35,049 nt of DNA, taken from the NCBI GenBank assembly GCA_023150835.1, contig JAKLKB010000062.1, positions 1-35,049 on the forward strand, in the 5' to 3' direction. Under the pieces are notes generated by a model that was given only the letters and a program-made list of their open reading frames with translations, had not been told where the DNA came from and searched no databases. The DNA is from Myxococcota bacterium (lineage in GTDB: Bacteria > Myxococcota_C > UBA6777). Below are positions 1-10,167 of this stretch, piece after piece (within the stretch, counting starts at the first letter, position 1; every line of letters begins with the position of its first letter). Made by a program: the position numbers and the translations under genes.

Positions 1-327
1 AAAGTACGGAAAGTACGGAAAGTACGGAAAGCACGGAAAGTACGGAAAGTACGGAAAGTACGGAAAGTACGGAAAGTACGGAAAGTACGGAAAGTACGGA
101 AAGTACGGAAAGTACGGAAAGTACGGAAAGTACGGAAAGCACGGAAAGTACGGAAAGTACGGAAAGTACGGAAAGTACGGAAGATACGGAAAGTACGGAA
201 AGTACGGAAAGTACGGAAAGTACGGAAAGTACGGAAAGTACGGAAGATACGGAAGATACGGAAGATACGGAAGATACGGAAGATACGGAAGATACGGAAG
301 ATACGGAAGATACGGAAGATACGGAAG
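1..327. repeat. 9-bp tandem array (GGAAAGTAC)n grading into (GGAAGATAC)n, about 36 units, runs off the left edge
   Basis: Directly visible. GGAAAGTAC units run to ~240 with variants GGAAAGCAC (x2) and GGAAGATAC (x1), then ~9 GGAAGATAC units follow. Confidence 0.97.
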
Positions 328-418
328 GCACGGCGACGGGGTTTCTCTGTGCGCTCAGACTTTCTGCCTTCCTCCCCCTCGCGGCAGCAGCGAGGCATTG
401 CGAGCGTCGCAGGGAGAG

Positions 419-446
419 GCGCGTATGGGGTGGAACCCCACAAAGG
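419..446 (-). repeat. Hairpin motif TGTGGGGTTCCACCCCATACGCGCC, related to the first hairpin of the dispersed MITE-like family
   Basis: The reverse complement closely matches 33603-33627 (TATGGGGGGCTGCCCCATACGCGCC). It lies just downstream of the stop of the 464-3685 gene. Confidence 0.55.
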
Positions 447-463
447 CAAAGGGAGAAGGGGGA

Positions 464-3400
464 TTAGGGAGTTTTGGGTGGGCCTTTGCGCATACGGACG
501 ACGTTGTAGAACTGTTTGAGTCCGTAGGCGGTTTGATCGTTGGGTGTTTCAACGAAGTTGGCGACGACGAGGAGGATATTGCGGAGGTCTTGGACATCGA
601 GAGGGGCGGGAGAACCGGGGGAAAAGCGGTTGACGGTGGAGAAGAGAGAAGGGAAGACGCCGATGTTGTAGGAGTCGCGCAAGGGGTGAGCGACGGCGGC
701 GTTTTTGATGATTTCGAGTAAGGTGCCTTTTTGGTCGAGGGGGAGGGAGGCGTGGAGGAAGCCGAGGGTACGGGCGACGATCTCTTGGCGAGTTTGGAGG
801 ATGCGTCCAAGATAACGGGCGATGGGGACGCGGATCTTGTCGGGTACAGGGGTGAGGAGTTCGGCAGCCATCGCGAGGATCTCACCGAAGGATTGGGGAT
901 CTTCTTCGGGTTTGGGTAGAAGGTGGACGAGGAGATCGGTGGCGAGTTGAAGGAGGGGGCGTTCTTGGGTGAAGGCTTCGAACAGATCGAGTGCAGCGGG
1001 GATCATGGGATCGGTGAGAAGTTCGACGAGTGTGTCTTCGGTGCGTTTGAGGAAAGGCCCCCATTGGCCGGCTTTGTTTTGTTTGTCGATGTATTGGGCG
1101 GCGTAGTCGAGGAGTTTGATCAAGACGATGGGAGCGCGTCGGTTTTTGAAGCGTGCGGTCGGGCCTTCGCCTTCGGTTTGGAGGATCAGATCATAGAGTG
1201 CGTGGATCGCGCCAAGCCAAGCGTCCCGGGCGGTTTGTTTGGCGTCCCCATCGAGGGCTTTGGCCATTTCGGTGAGGTCATCCCACAAACGTCCAGCGAT
1301 GGTGTTTCGGATGGTGCTTTTAGGTTTTCCGATCAAGAAGGCGAGGTAGGACTGAAAGAAGGTGATGGCTTTGGGTGCGCCTTGGGCGTCGGATATCGGG
1401 AGTTTTTGGAGGATGGCGCTCCATTTTTCGAGGTGTTCAAGGATCTGCGTTTCTTTGGTGGCATCGAGCAGGACGGGTTCGATGCTGCGGAGGTTGGTGC
1501 GGGGTTGCGGATAAACGGGCTTTCCGTCTTTGGTTTGGTGTTGGTTGGAGTTGGAGCCCCAATGTCTGTGGAGGACGCCAAGGAGGTCAAGGAAGCGTTC
1601 GAGTTTGTTGTATTTGTGGAAGACTTGGGCGATGGGTTTGAGTGCGCCGCCATCTTTTCCGATCAGGCCGGATGCGAGGCCGGAAAGCAAAGCATCGCCT
1701 TGCCAGTTGCGAACTTCGTAGCCTTCTTTGCCGATGATCGGCTTCATTTTGATGGTGAGTTTGAGTCCGGCCACAAGGGGGACGTTTTCAAAGACGAGAT
1801 CGCGGTTAAGGAAGAGGCCGAGTTGTTCGGGGTCGGGGGCTTCGGCAAGGCCCATGGCAGGGAGAGATTGACGGAGTTGATCTTTGATGAAGCCTTCTTC
1901 GATGGGGTTGCCGTTGACGTAGACGATCTCCCAGATGCTGGCTTTGCCGATGAGTGCGCGAAGATAGAAGAGGGCGAGGTTGTCGATGCGCATCTCAAAG
2001 AAGGGCAAGTCGACGTTTCCCGGGCCTTCAAGTTTAGAGAGGTAGCTGTGTTTGTTGACGTCGGCGAGTAGGTGAAGAACGCGCTGAAAGTGCGAGCGGT
2101 TGCCTTCGATATCAGCGGATTTGAAGTCGACGCGGTCTTTGAAGACAGCGCTGTCTTTTCCGGTGTTTTTGAAGTTTTCGTAATCTTGTGGTGTGACTGT
2201 GCCTTTGTATTCGAGGAGGTTGACAAAGGCGCGCTTGACTTGGGGGACAAGACCGGGGGTTTGGAGGGCGAGCAAGAGATCATCAAAAAACCCGGGGGTA
2301 TCGATGATCTCTTGGAAGATGGGGAGGATATCTTCAAACAGAGAGCTTTCGAGGCGGACGTTGACGGTGTGTCGATCGGCGATCTTGGAGACTTGTTCGA
2401 GGAGGGCGAGGAGTTGGGCAAAATCGCTTTCGTGTTTGCGTGTGATCTGTGCGACAGCTTGGACGACTTTGTCGAGGTTCTGTCCGAGGAGCGCGGCGAA
2501 ACCTGTGCGGAGGGTGCGGATGATCGGGCTTTTGTCGGAGTAGGCTTGTCGTTGTGCATCGAGGGGTTCGAGCAGGGGGCGGATCCCGACGGTGAGGTTG
2601 AAAGGGAAGGGGATACGGTTGTCTTTGAGGGGAAGGTCACGCAGCAAGAGGGAGCCTGTGTCACCGAGCATACTTCCGAGGACGGTTTGAGAGAGGTCGC
2701 GGGTGTCGTAGACAGGCTTTCCGTTGGCGAGGGCTTCTCCGCAAAGGCCGCGTCCGTCGGTGTTGCGGGGGCCAAAGGGGGTGGGTGGATTGGAGAGGCC
2801 CGCGCCTTCTTGGGTGCGGATGGGGTTTCCTTCGAGATCGATGCGCAAGACGCAGCGTTTTCCGAGATTTTGGTGAGAGAGGCCGGGATCTTCTTGGAGG
2901 AGAAGATCGGCGATCAGGCTGGTGCCTTGAGTTTCGCGGCTGTTGTTGGTGCGGCTGAGCCAGTCGCCCGCTGTTTCGAGCAGTCGGGCAAGATGGCGAT
3001 CTTCGCCCGGGGCGGGTGTGACGCCATTGTCGGCGAGTCCATCGCGAGCGCGAAGGAAAGCGACGCCTTTTTCCATGAGTTCGCGGATCTTGGGGAAAGA
3101 GACGACACGGCGGAGGATACTGGCTTGTCCTTTGAGCAGAGGAGGAGAAAGGCCGACGCGCAAGAGCAAAAGGTAAACGGCCTCCATGAGGGCTTGATCT
3201 TGGAGGGCATCGGTCATGGTGAGCGCGAGCACGCGGGTGAGAGCGGGCATGGTGTCGTTGTCGTGGAGGGGAAGCAGTGCGCGCAGAAAGGCTTCGAGGT
3301 CGGCGACCATCGCGGGGGGGACGATCTTGTTGATGGCGACGATGATCTCTTCGCGCATAGCTTGGACAGCTTTGACGCGCTGTGCGGAGAGCGTAGGGTG

Positions 3401-3685
3401 ATAACTGGCCTCACGCTCAATGTATTTGTAGATCTCAAGGCCGAGATCGCGTTGTGCGGGTGGAGTGTAGGGCTGGCTGGGGGCGCCGCGTCCGTCGGGC
3501 ATGGGATCGACGCACGCATGAAGCGAAAAGATCCCGAATCCTACGAAAAAAAATAGGGTGATGCGCAAGAAAGCACTTCGCCATGCTTTTGTGTTTGTGG
3601 TAGGTTGGCAGCGTCGGTGTGCTGAGGAACGATTGGAGGTCGCCTTGTTGGGCGAACGAAGATGGCGAGTACTGGTTGTGTTCAT
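464..3685 (-). CDS. Large (~1070 aa) predicted lipoprotein of unknown function, mostly alpha-helical
   Basis: Long ORF with natural amino-acid composition. A hydrophobic stretch FLRITLFFFVGFGIFS is followed by lipobox-like LHAC. ATG at 3685 is preceded by GAAGGG. The start is uncertain (the ORF is open to 3811). Confidence 0.8.
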   Translation of the reverse strand: MNTTSTRHLRSPNKATSNRSSAHRRCQPTTNTKAWRSAFLRITLFFFVGFGIFSLHACVDPMPDGRGAPSQPYTPPAQRDLGLEIYKYIEREASYHPTLSAQRVKAVQAMREEIIVAINKIVPPAMVADLEAFLRALLPLHDNDTMPALTRVLALTMTDALQDQALMEAVYLLLLRVGLSPPLLKGQASILRRVVSFPKIRELMEKGVAFLRARDGLADNGVTPAPGEDRHLARLLETAGDWLSRTNNSRETQGTSLIADLLLQEDPGLSHQNLGKRCVLRIDLEGNPIRTQEGAGLSNPPTPFGPRNTDGRGLCGEALANGKPVYDTRDLSQTVLGSMLGDTGSLLLRDLPLKDNRIPFPFNLTVGIRPLLEPLDAQRQAYSDKSPIIRTLRTGFAALLGQNLDKVVQAVAQITRKHESDFAQLLALLEQVSKIADRHTVNVRLESSLFEDILPIFQEIIDTPGFFDDLLLALQTPGLVPQVKRAFVNLLEYKGTVTPQDYENFKNTGKDSAVFKDRVDFKSADIEGNRSHFQRVLHLLADVNKHSYLSKLEGPGNVDLPFFEMRIDNLALFYLRALIGKASIWEIVYVNGNPIEEGFIKDQLRQSLPAMGLAEAPDPEQLGLFLNRDLVFENVPLVAGLKLTIKMKPIIGKEGYEVRNWQGDALLSGLASGLIGKDGGALKPIAQVFHKYNKLERFLDLLGVLHRHWGSNSNQHQTKDGKPVYPQPRTNLRSIEPVLLDATKETQILEHLEKWSAILQKLPISDAQGAPKAITFFQSYLAFLIGKPKSTIRNTIAGRLWDDLTEMAKALDGDAKQTARDAWLGAIHALYDLILQTEGEGPTARFKNRRAPIVLIKLLDYAAQYIDKQNKAGQWGPFLKRTEDTLVELLTDPMIPAALDLFEAFTQERPLLQLATDLLVHLLPKPEEDPQSFGEILAMAAELLTPVPDKIRVPIARYLGRILQTRQEIVARTLGFLHASLPLDQKGTLLEIIKNAAVAHPLRDSYNIGVFPSLFSTVNRFSPGSPAPLDVQDLRNILLVVANFVETPNDQTAYGLKQFYNVVRMRKGPPKTP

Positions 3686-3980
3686 CACAGGCAACCCTTC
3701 ATGATCGAGAAAGAAACGGCATTCGATGTGGATTTGTGTGCGATTCAGGTTCTGGATGGGTCTTGCGCCGAACGGTCGAAAAGACAGCAAAGGTCTGGAA
3801 TCGCAAAGCATTTGCGTTACACGAGTTTGTGGTGAAAGTCAACCTGTGTCAAGGCATGATCGCCCAAGCTCACATTTGGTTTGAGCGATGGTTCAGGCGA
3901 GTTTGTGTGTTTGCAAGAGACGGGAGGTCGTTTGCAAAGAGCGAGAGATTCGGCTGGATCATCGAAGACAAGGAGCAAGT

Positions 3981-6656
3981 ATGCAGCAAGGATATCAAGC
4001 GCGTCGTTGGTTGGGTTGGGGTGTGTTGTGGTTGTTTGTGTTGTGGGTGGGATTGGGCAGTGCAGCCTGTGGTCGTGATGGCAAAGTGTCGGAAGAACCC
4101 GGCACAGAGACCACCCAACAAGAAAATACCCCCGAAGAACAACTTGGCCAAGAAGAAGCCGTCAGTACGGAAAACACGCCCGAAGAGAAGACTTCTACTC
4201 CTGACGAGGCGGTGTCTACGCCCGATGAGCCGACCTCTCCCCCTGATGGCGGGACGGAAGTGGTCCCCGAAAAAACGGGACCGGATACCCCCCCCAGTCC
4301 CGCAAGCTGCCAAGTCACCCAAGGCACCAACGAAAGCCTGTGGTTTGTCGCGGATCTGCTCACGCCAGAGGGTCTGAAAGAAGGCTGGCATCTGGTGGTG
4401 CAAAGCGGAAAGATCACTTGCGTGGCGGCAGATTGTAGTGCCAAAGCCCCCCAAGGAGCGCACAAATTCACTTGCTCGAACGTGATCCTTAGCCCGGGCC
4501 TGATCAATGCTCACGAACACATGAACTGGTCTTTGGGTGTACCCGGGGCCTATTCGCCTGTGTATGATCACCGCCACGAATGGCGCAAAGGCCAAGATGG
4601 AAAGCCCCGTGTCCCGGCTTCGGGCAACAACGCATCGAGCAAGGCCATCGGATGGGGCGAGTTGCGGATGTTGATGAGCGGGGCCACCAGTATCGCAGGA
4701 TCGACGGGATCTCCCGGCCTGTTGCGCAACTTGGATATCGCTTCTCGCCGAGAAGGATTGCCCGGGGTGGCCTTGTATTCGACCTTTCCGCTGGATGATG
4801 ATGGTGGAGAAAAACTGGCGAGTTCTTGCAATTATCCCGGGACAGGCTACGACAAGATCGCTGATGTCGACAAATCCGATGCGTATCTTCCCCACATCGG
4901 CGAAGGCATCAACGAAGAAGCCTACAACGAATTCCGTTGTTTGAGTGGTGCAGGTCGCGAAGATCTGATCCAAGCCAAGACCGCGATCATCCACGGCATT
5001 GCTGTGCAAGCTTCGGATATCGCGCTGATGGCGCGTCGTGGTGCGTCGTTGATCTGGTCGCCGCGCTCCAATATCTCGCTGTATGGGCATACTGCATCGG
5101 TGGCCTTGTACAAGCGTTTTGGTGTGAATATCGCGCTCGGAACGGACTGGGTGTTGTCGGGTTCGATGAACGTCACCCGCGAACTCCGCTGCGTCGACTT
5201 TTTGAACAAGTATCACTACAACAGCACCTTCACCGATCAAGAGATGGTCGAGATGGTGACGGCCAATGCGGCCCGCGCTACGGGGGTTCATAACTTCGTT
5301 GGATCGTTGAAAGAGGGGATGTTCGCGGATATTACGCTGTTTGCGGCTCCACGCAGCAAGGGCTATCGAGCCGTGATCGATGCTCGCCCCGAAGATACCT
5401 TGTTGGTCTTGCGCGCTGGCAAGGCTCTTTATGGAAACAAAGCCTATCTTGAAGGGCTGCTGCCCAACCAAGCCAGCGACTGCGATGTCTTGGATGTCTG
5501 CGGCACACCCAAACGGGCTTGCATCACAGCTGCCGGTATTACCGAGATCAAGAACTTCGCAGACCTCGAAACCTACGCCAAAACCAACAATGCTTATCCG
5601 CTGTTTGTGTGCGACGATCAAACGCCCAAAGATGAACCAAGCTGCAAACCCACCCGCGCCGGACAATTCGGACAAAGCGATCCCAATGACCGTGACGGCG
5701 ACGGCATCCCCAACGCCCAAGACAACTGCCCCGATATCTTTAACCCGATCCGCCCGATGGACAAAGGCAAACAAGCCGACGCAGACGGCGATGGTCTCGG
5801 CGATTCCTGCGATCCTTGCCCGTTGACTCCAAACTCGACGCAATGCACAGGCTTTGATCCCAACGACCGCGACGGTGACGGAAAGCCCAACGCCCAAGAC
5901 AACTGCCCTTACGTCGCCAACCCCGATCAAGCGGACAAAGACGGCGATGGCATCGGAGATGTCTGCGATCCTTGTCCTGACGCCAAAACCAACCCGGGCG
6001 ATCCTTGCCCTGCAACCGCCCAAACCATCTACGATATCAAGCAAAAGAAACTACCCAAAGGAACCCGCGTCAAGCTTGTAAACGTCCTTGTAACGGGCGT
6101 CGAGATCACCACGTCGAACCGCGTCTTTGTGCAGATGAAACAAGGCGATCCCGGATACAACGGAGCCGATTATTCGGGCGTCATGGTCTATCTGGGCGAC
6201 AAATCTTTGACGCCGATCCCCACGATGAAAGCTGGAGATCGCGTGACACTTGAAGGCACAACCGACGAGTTCAGCGGCCAGATCCAGATCAACAAGATCA
6301 CCACCCTGACCGTCACTCCCGGTACCGAGGCCCTCCCTGCTGCGGTGGTTGTCAAAGTTAGCGATATCAACGCAACCACCGCCACCCGCGCCGCTGCCCT
6401 CGAAGGTGTGATCGTCAAGATCGAAGCGGTCGAAGTCACCAACGCCAATCCCGACGGCCCCGCCAACGATTACAAAGAATTCTCCGTCGCCGAAACCGCA
6501 AACAAATCAGCCCAGATCCGCATCGACGATCTGTTCGTCGCCATGACTTACGTCCGAACTGTCGGTGACAAGTTCACTTCCATCACGGGAACCCTCGGCC
6601 TCACCTTCGGCAACTACAAGATCATGCCCGCCAAAGAAGCCGATATGATCCGCTAA
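3981..6656 (+). CDS. Lipoprotein: metal-dependent amidohydrolase + thrombospondin type-3 (Ca-binding) repeats + C-terminal OB-fold-like domains
   Basis: AGGAG RBS before ATG 3981. Signal peptide ending LGSAAC, then an acidic Pro/Thr linker. Amidohydrolase motifs [26 protein letters not shown]. DxDGDGxxxxxDNCP repeats. C-terminal [19 protein letters not shown] and [10 protein letters not shown]-like segments. Confidence 0.88.
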   Translation: MQQGYQARRWLGWGVLWLFVLWVGLGSAACGRDGKVSEEPGTETTQQENTPEEQLGQEEAVSTENTPEEKTSTPDEAVSTPDEPTSPPDGGTEVVPEKTGPDTPPSPASCQVTQGTNESLWFVADLLTPEGLKEGWHLVVQSGKITCVAADCSAKAPQGAHKFTCSNVILSPGLINAHEHMNWSLGVPGAYSPVYDHRHEWRKGQDGKPRVPASGNNASSKAIGWGELRMLMSGATSIAGSTGSPGLLRNLDIASRREGLPGVALYSTFPLDDDGGEKLASSCNYPGTGYDKIADVDKSDAYLPHIGEGINEEAYNEFRCLSGAGREDLIQAKTAIIHGIAVQASDIALMARRGASLIWSPRSNISLYGHTASVALYKRFGVNIALGTDWVLSGSMNVTRELRCVDFLNKYHYNSTFTDQEMVEMVTANAARATGVHNFVGSLKEGMFADITLFAAPRSKGYRAVIDARPEDTLLVLRAGKALYGNKAYLEGLLPNQASDCDVLDVCGTPKRACITAAGITEIKNFADLETYAKTNNAYPLFVCDDQTPKDEPSCKPTRAGQFGQSDPNDRDGDGIPNAQDNCPDIFNPIRPMDKGKQADADGDGLGDSCDPCPLTPNSTQCTGFDPNDRDGDGKPNAQDNCPYVANPDQADKDGDGIGDVCDPCPDAKTNPGDPCPATAQTIYDIKQKKLPKGTRVKLVNVLVTGVEITTSNRVFVQMKQGDPGYNGADYSGVMVYLGDKSLTPIPTMKAGDRVTLEGTTDEFSGQIQINKITTLTVTPGTEALPAAVVVKVSDINATTATRAAALEGVIVKIEAVEVTNANPDGPANDYKEFSVAETANKSAQIRIDDLFVAMTYVRTVGDKFTSITGTLGLTFGNYKIMPAKEADMIR

Positions 6657-6940
6657 TGCAGACAGGCTGGCGGGATGGGGTTTGTGGTGGGATAGGGGGG
6701 GCGCTCTGTCGCTTCACAAAGGGGGCGTTTTCTGATCCGTTGTTCAATGAAAAACAAAGGGATCTGGATCTTTGGGAATGGTTTCCGTATATTGTGGTTT
6801 CTTTGCGCATTCTTGCGGTTGTGTGCAACTTCTGTTATGGGGGTGTGCGAAGTTTGGCGTATCTGAGAAGAATAGGGTTGAGCAGAAAGACGAAGGAAGG
6901 CTTCGGGACGATGGGGCCTTGTGGATACTTGGGAGGTTTT

Positions 6941-9900
6941 ATGAGGAACGTAGTTGTACGGCAGCGATGGTATGCGCTGCTTTCTGTTGTGTTGTTTGGG
7001 ATGTTGTTGTTTGGGGGCCAGTGGGCGTGCAATTGTGGTGGGGACCCGGGCGTGGATGGTGGTGAAGAGACCAGTACCAACGGGGAAAAAGTCGTTGAGA
7101 GCATCTGTCCCAAGCCAAGTGATCCATGCGAAAACAATGCGACTTGCCAAGCGTGCGGGAGTTTGTTGACGTGTATCAAAGGGGTGTGTGTGGATACAGG
7201 CGAACCCTTTGATCTGGATACGATCCCATTTTGCCCGAGCCTTGGGAGTGTTTGTATCGGAAATAGCGATTGTCAAAAGCCCAATTGCAACCCGTTGGAA
7301 TGTCGCAATGGCATCTGTTCGGAAGTGATCCCTGATGTCATACCCGACGAAGAGCGCTGCCCGTTGACTTGTTCGAGCGGTGCGGATTGTTCGGTCAAAG
7401 CGTGTGGTGAGCGGATCGCGTGTCTCAACGGCGTGTGCGGTCCTCCGCAACAAAAATGCCCCGACACTTGCACCAGCGACGAACAATGCCGTACGCCCGA
7501 TTGTGGCGAGCGCGTGCGCTGTGTGGCCGGAAAATGCGGTACGATCCAGAAATGCCCTGAAAAATGCGCTTCGGATGCCGAGTGCCAACAAGCGACCTGC
7601 GGCACCAAGATCGCCTGTAAAGAAGGCGTGTGCAGCGAGCCTGATTCCAACACGGCTCCCGTCGCGGTGATTGATCCGATCCGCGATGCGCCTCAAGTCG
7701 GCAATCGCATCACGATGGACGGGCGCAACAGCAAAGACGCAGACGGCGACACCTTGACCTTCCGTTGGCGGATCACCAAACGCCCCCAAGGAAGCCAAGC
7801 CAGCTTCGACAACAACGCGATCTCGACACCTGCGTTCATCCCCGACTTTGCGGGGATCTACACCATCGAACTGATCGTCAACGACGGAAAAGTCGATAGC
7901 AAGCCCGCGACCGTCGATTTGGATATCAAAAACAGCGCGCTCCCTCCTCCCGTCCTCAACGCACTCGCTCCCAACGAAGCCACCGCCGATCGACTGCCGC
8001 TTAACGTCTCGTTGTTTGGTGCAAACTTCCGACCAGACTCCAAAGTGACGGTCGATGGGGCAGGACAGAGCGTCACCTTTGTGAACAGCGCTGAACTCAG
8101 CATCAAGGCCAGCGGCTTGAGTGTCGGAACCCACAAGATCCAAGTCGAAAATGCAGACGGCCAAAAGAGCGCGATCTTGGACTTTGTGGTCAAGGCCAAA
8201 GTCGCCCAAGCACCGCGCATCGATGCGCTTGATCCTTCGCAGATCGAGTCGGGTACGCCCATCCAGTTCAAGATCTTTGGTGAGTTCTTTGTGTCTGGAG
8301 CTACCGCAACCCTCGCTGGGAACGTGTTTTCCGTCACCTTCAACTCTTCCAAAGAGCTTTCTGGACTGACTGCGGTGGCCCTGATGGTCGGCACCTACGA
8401 TGTACAAGTGACCAACCCCGACGGCCAAAAGAGCAATGTCGTCAAGCTGACGATCACGCCCCAAAAACCCGTCTTGAAGCTGATCAGCCTTTCTCCCACA
8501 GAGATCTTTGCAGGCGTGAAAACCGCCCTCAAAGTGACGGGCGATGCCTTTGTGGCGGGAGCCGTACTGGTGATCGCGGGCCAACGCTTCGCAGCCACCA
8601 GCGTGACGCAAACAAACATGGAAGTCGATGTCCTCCTTGCGACCGCAGGAACGTACACCGTCGTCGTTCAAAACCCCGATGGTAGCACCACCAACGCCTT
8701 GCAACTGATCGTCAAGAACGCTGCACCCAAGCTGAGTTTTGTCGATCCCGCGCAAGTCCAAGAGTTTACGCCGATCACCTTGCGTCTGAACGGCACAGGC
8801 TTCTTGAGTGGCGCACAAGGTCGCCTCAATGGCTCGGCCTATCCAACGACCTTTGTGTCCACAACAGAGATCCGCGTCACCTTGCCCGATACCGTGAAGG
8901 CCGGTACTTACAGCGTCGATGTGTTGAACCCCGACAACCAAGCGAGCAACACCGTCACCTTGACCGTGACGCCCAAGCCGCCCGCACCCAAGATCGCGAC
9001 CATTGTCCCTGCTCGCGTCGAACAAGGCGCAGGCACCGAGATCACCGTCAGCGGAAGTGACTTTGTTAGTGGCGCTCAGATCCAGATCGGGCCACGCCTG
9101 CTCAACGCGACCTTCGACAGCGCCAACACGCTTCGTATCAAAGTCCCCACCGACCTTGTCGCAGGAAATTATCCTGTGGTGGTGTTCAATCCCGACGGCC
9201 AAAAGAGCAACACAGGAACCATCGAGATCTTCCGTTCCCCTCCACCCGTCCTCAACTCGATCGATCCAACCACCGCAGAAGTTGGAAAAGCCCTGACCAT
9301 CGAGTTCAAAGGCAGCAACTTCCGCTCTGGTTCTGTGACGGTCTTCCAAGGAGCCGCACAGACCACCGCGTTTGTGGATGCGCAAACCTTGCGGATGACG
9401 ATCTCGCTCAATGGTGTAAGCGCCGGAACCTACGAGGTTTGGGTGGAAAACCCTGACGGCCAGATCTCCCAAAAACTCAAGTTCACGGTCACAGCCCCCC
9501 AAGGACCGCAGATCGTTCAGCTCCTGCCCAAAGACGGAACCACCAACACCAAAGTCAACGGGATCGTCGATGGACGGGGCTTTGTGACGGGTGCAAAAGT
9601 GCTCTTTAACGGCCAAGCCATGACCACCACCTTTATCAATGCCTCGTCTCTTGGCGTGGTGTACGACCTCAACAACATCGCCGCAGGCACGTATCCTGTG
9701 GTGGTCGAAAACCCCGATGGTAAGCGTTCTAACGCCGCCTTCTTTACCGTCTCGGGACAAAAGCTGCCTGCACCGATCTTGATCTCGGTCACCCCCACCA
9801 CCATCAAACTTAGCTCCAACCAACCGATCTATCTCAACGGCCAGCACTTCCAATCGGGTGCTGTGATGTCGCTGCAATTGCCCTTTGTTGGGGCGGTTGG

Positions 9901-10054
9901 ACTTCCCACCAACTACATCAACGACACTCTTTTGATCGTCACCGCGCAACTTCCAAGTATTCCTTTCCCCTTCCCCCCTCAGCGCGTCCAAGTCTACATC
10001 ACCAACCCCGACGGCCAACGCAGCAACAGTCTCCAAGTCACCGTCGAGCGATAA
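6941..10054 (+). CDS. Secreted/surface protein: Cys-rich repeats, PKD-like domain, 8 IPT/TIG Ig-like domains
   Basis: GGAGG RBS before ATG 6941. Signal peptide ending in WACNC. Repeats of the CxSxxDC...C..GxC type. PKD-like NTAPVAVI...DGRNSKDADGDTLTFRW...LIVNDG. Eight ~85-aa repeats with P.I..l.P, GxxF and VxNPDG motifs. Confidence 0.88.
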   Translation: MRNVVVRQRWYALLSVVLFGMLLFGGQWACNCGGDPGVDGGEETSTNGEKVVESICPKPSDPCENNATCQACGSLLTCIKGVCVDTGEPFDLDTIPFCPSLGSVCIGNSDCQKPNCNPLECRNGICSEVIPDVIPDEERCPLTCSSGADCSVKACGERIACLNGVCGPPQQKCPDTCTSDEQCRTPDCGERVRCVAGKCGTIQKCPEKCASDAECQQATCGTKIACKEGVCSEPDSNTAPVAVIDPIRDAPQVGNRITMDGRNSKDADGDTLTFRWRITKRPQGSQASFDNNAISTPAFIPDFAGIYTIELIVNDGKVDSKPATVDLDIKNSALPPPVLNALAPNEATADRLPLNVSLFGANFRPDSKVTVDGAGQSVTFVNSAELSIKASGLSVGTHKIQVENADGQKSAILDFVVKAKVAQAPRIDALDPSQIESGTPIQFKIFGEFFVSGATATLAGNVFSVTFNSSKELSGLTAVALMVGTYDVQVTNPDGQKSNVVKLTITPQKPVLKLISLSPTEIFAGVKTALKVTGDAFVAGAVLVIAGQRFAATSVTQTNMEVDVLLATAGTYTVVVQNPDGSTTNALQLIVKNAAPKLSFVDPAQVQEFTPITLRLNGTGFLSGAQGRLNGSAYPTTFVSTTEIRVTLPDTVKAGTYSVDVLNPDNQASNTVTLTVTPKPPAPKIATIVPARVEQGAGTEITVSGSDFVSGAQIQIGPRLLNATFDSANTLRIKVPTDLVAGNYPVVVFNPDGQKSNTGTIEIFRSPPPVLNSIDPTTAEVGKALTIEFKGSNFRSGSVTVFQGAAQTTAFVDAQTLRMTISLNGVSAGTYEVWVENPDGQISQKLKFTVTAPQGPQIVQLLPKDGTTNTKVNGIVDGRGFVTGAKVLFNGQAMTTTFINASSLGVVYDLNNIAAGTYPVVVENPDGKRSNAAFFTVSGQKLPAPILISVTPTTIKLSSNQPIYLNGQHFQSGAVMSLQLPFVGAVGLPTNYINDTLLIVTAQLPSIPFPFPPQRVQVYITNPDGQRSNSLQVTVER

Positions 10055-10167
10055 TCTCCGATCTTTCGTGTTGAAGGGGGGGATGTGTGCCTTGACAGGG
10101 TGGGGGATCTGCGGATAGTGCTGAGGGGAGATGGGGTTGTGCTTTTGGCAACAAGAAGGACACGGGC

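Noticed and set aside
6656-6940. Upstream ORF extensions (also 3888-3980, 16958-17257, 20220-20564, 29332-29517, 10685-10987)
   Set aside because: Better RBS-associated starts, with signal peptides or family-typical N-termini, lie downstream. The extensions cross repeats or neighbouring genes.
6653-10036. 1127-aa antisense ORF (and similar long antisense ORFs at 923-3556, 3870-6044, 14993-16345 and 18420-19814)
   Set aside because: They mirror well-supported genes on the other strand and have no motifs. Such shadow ORFs are expected from codon bias in GC-rich genes.
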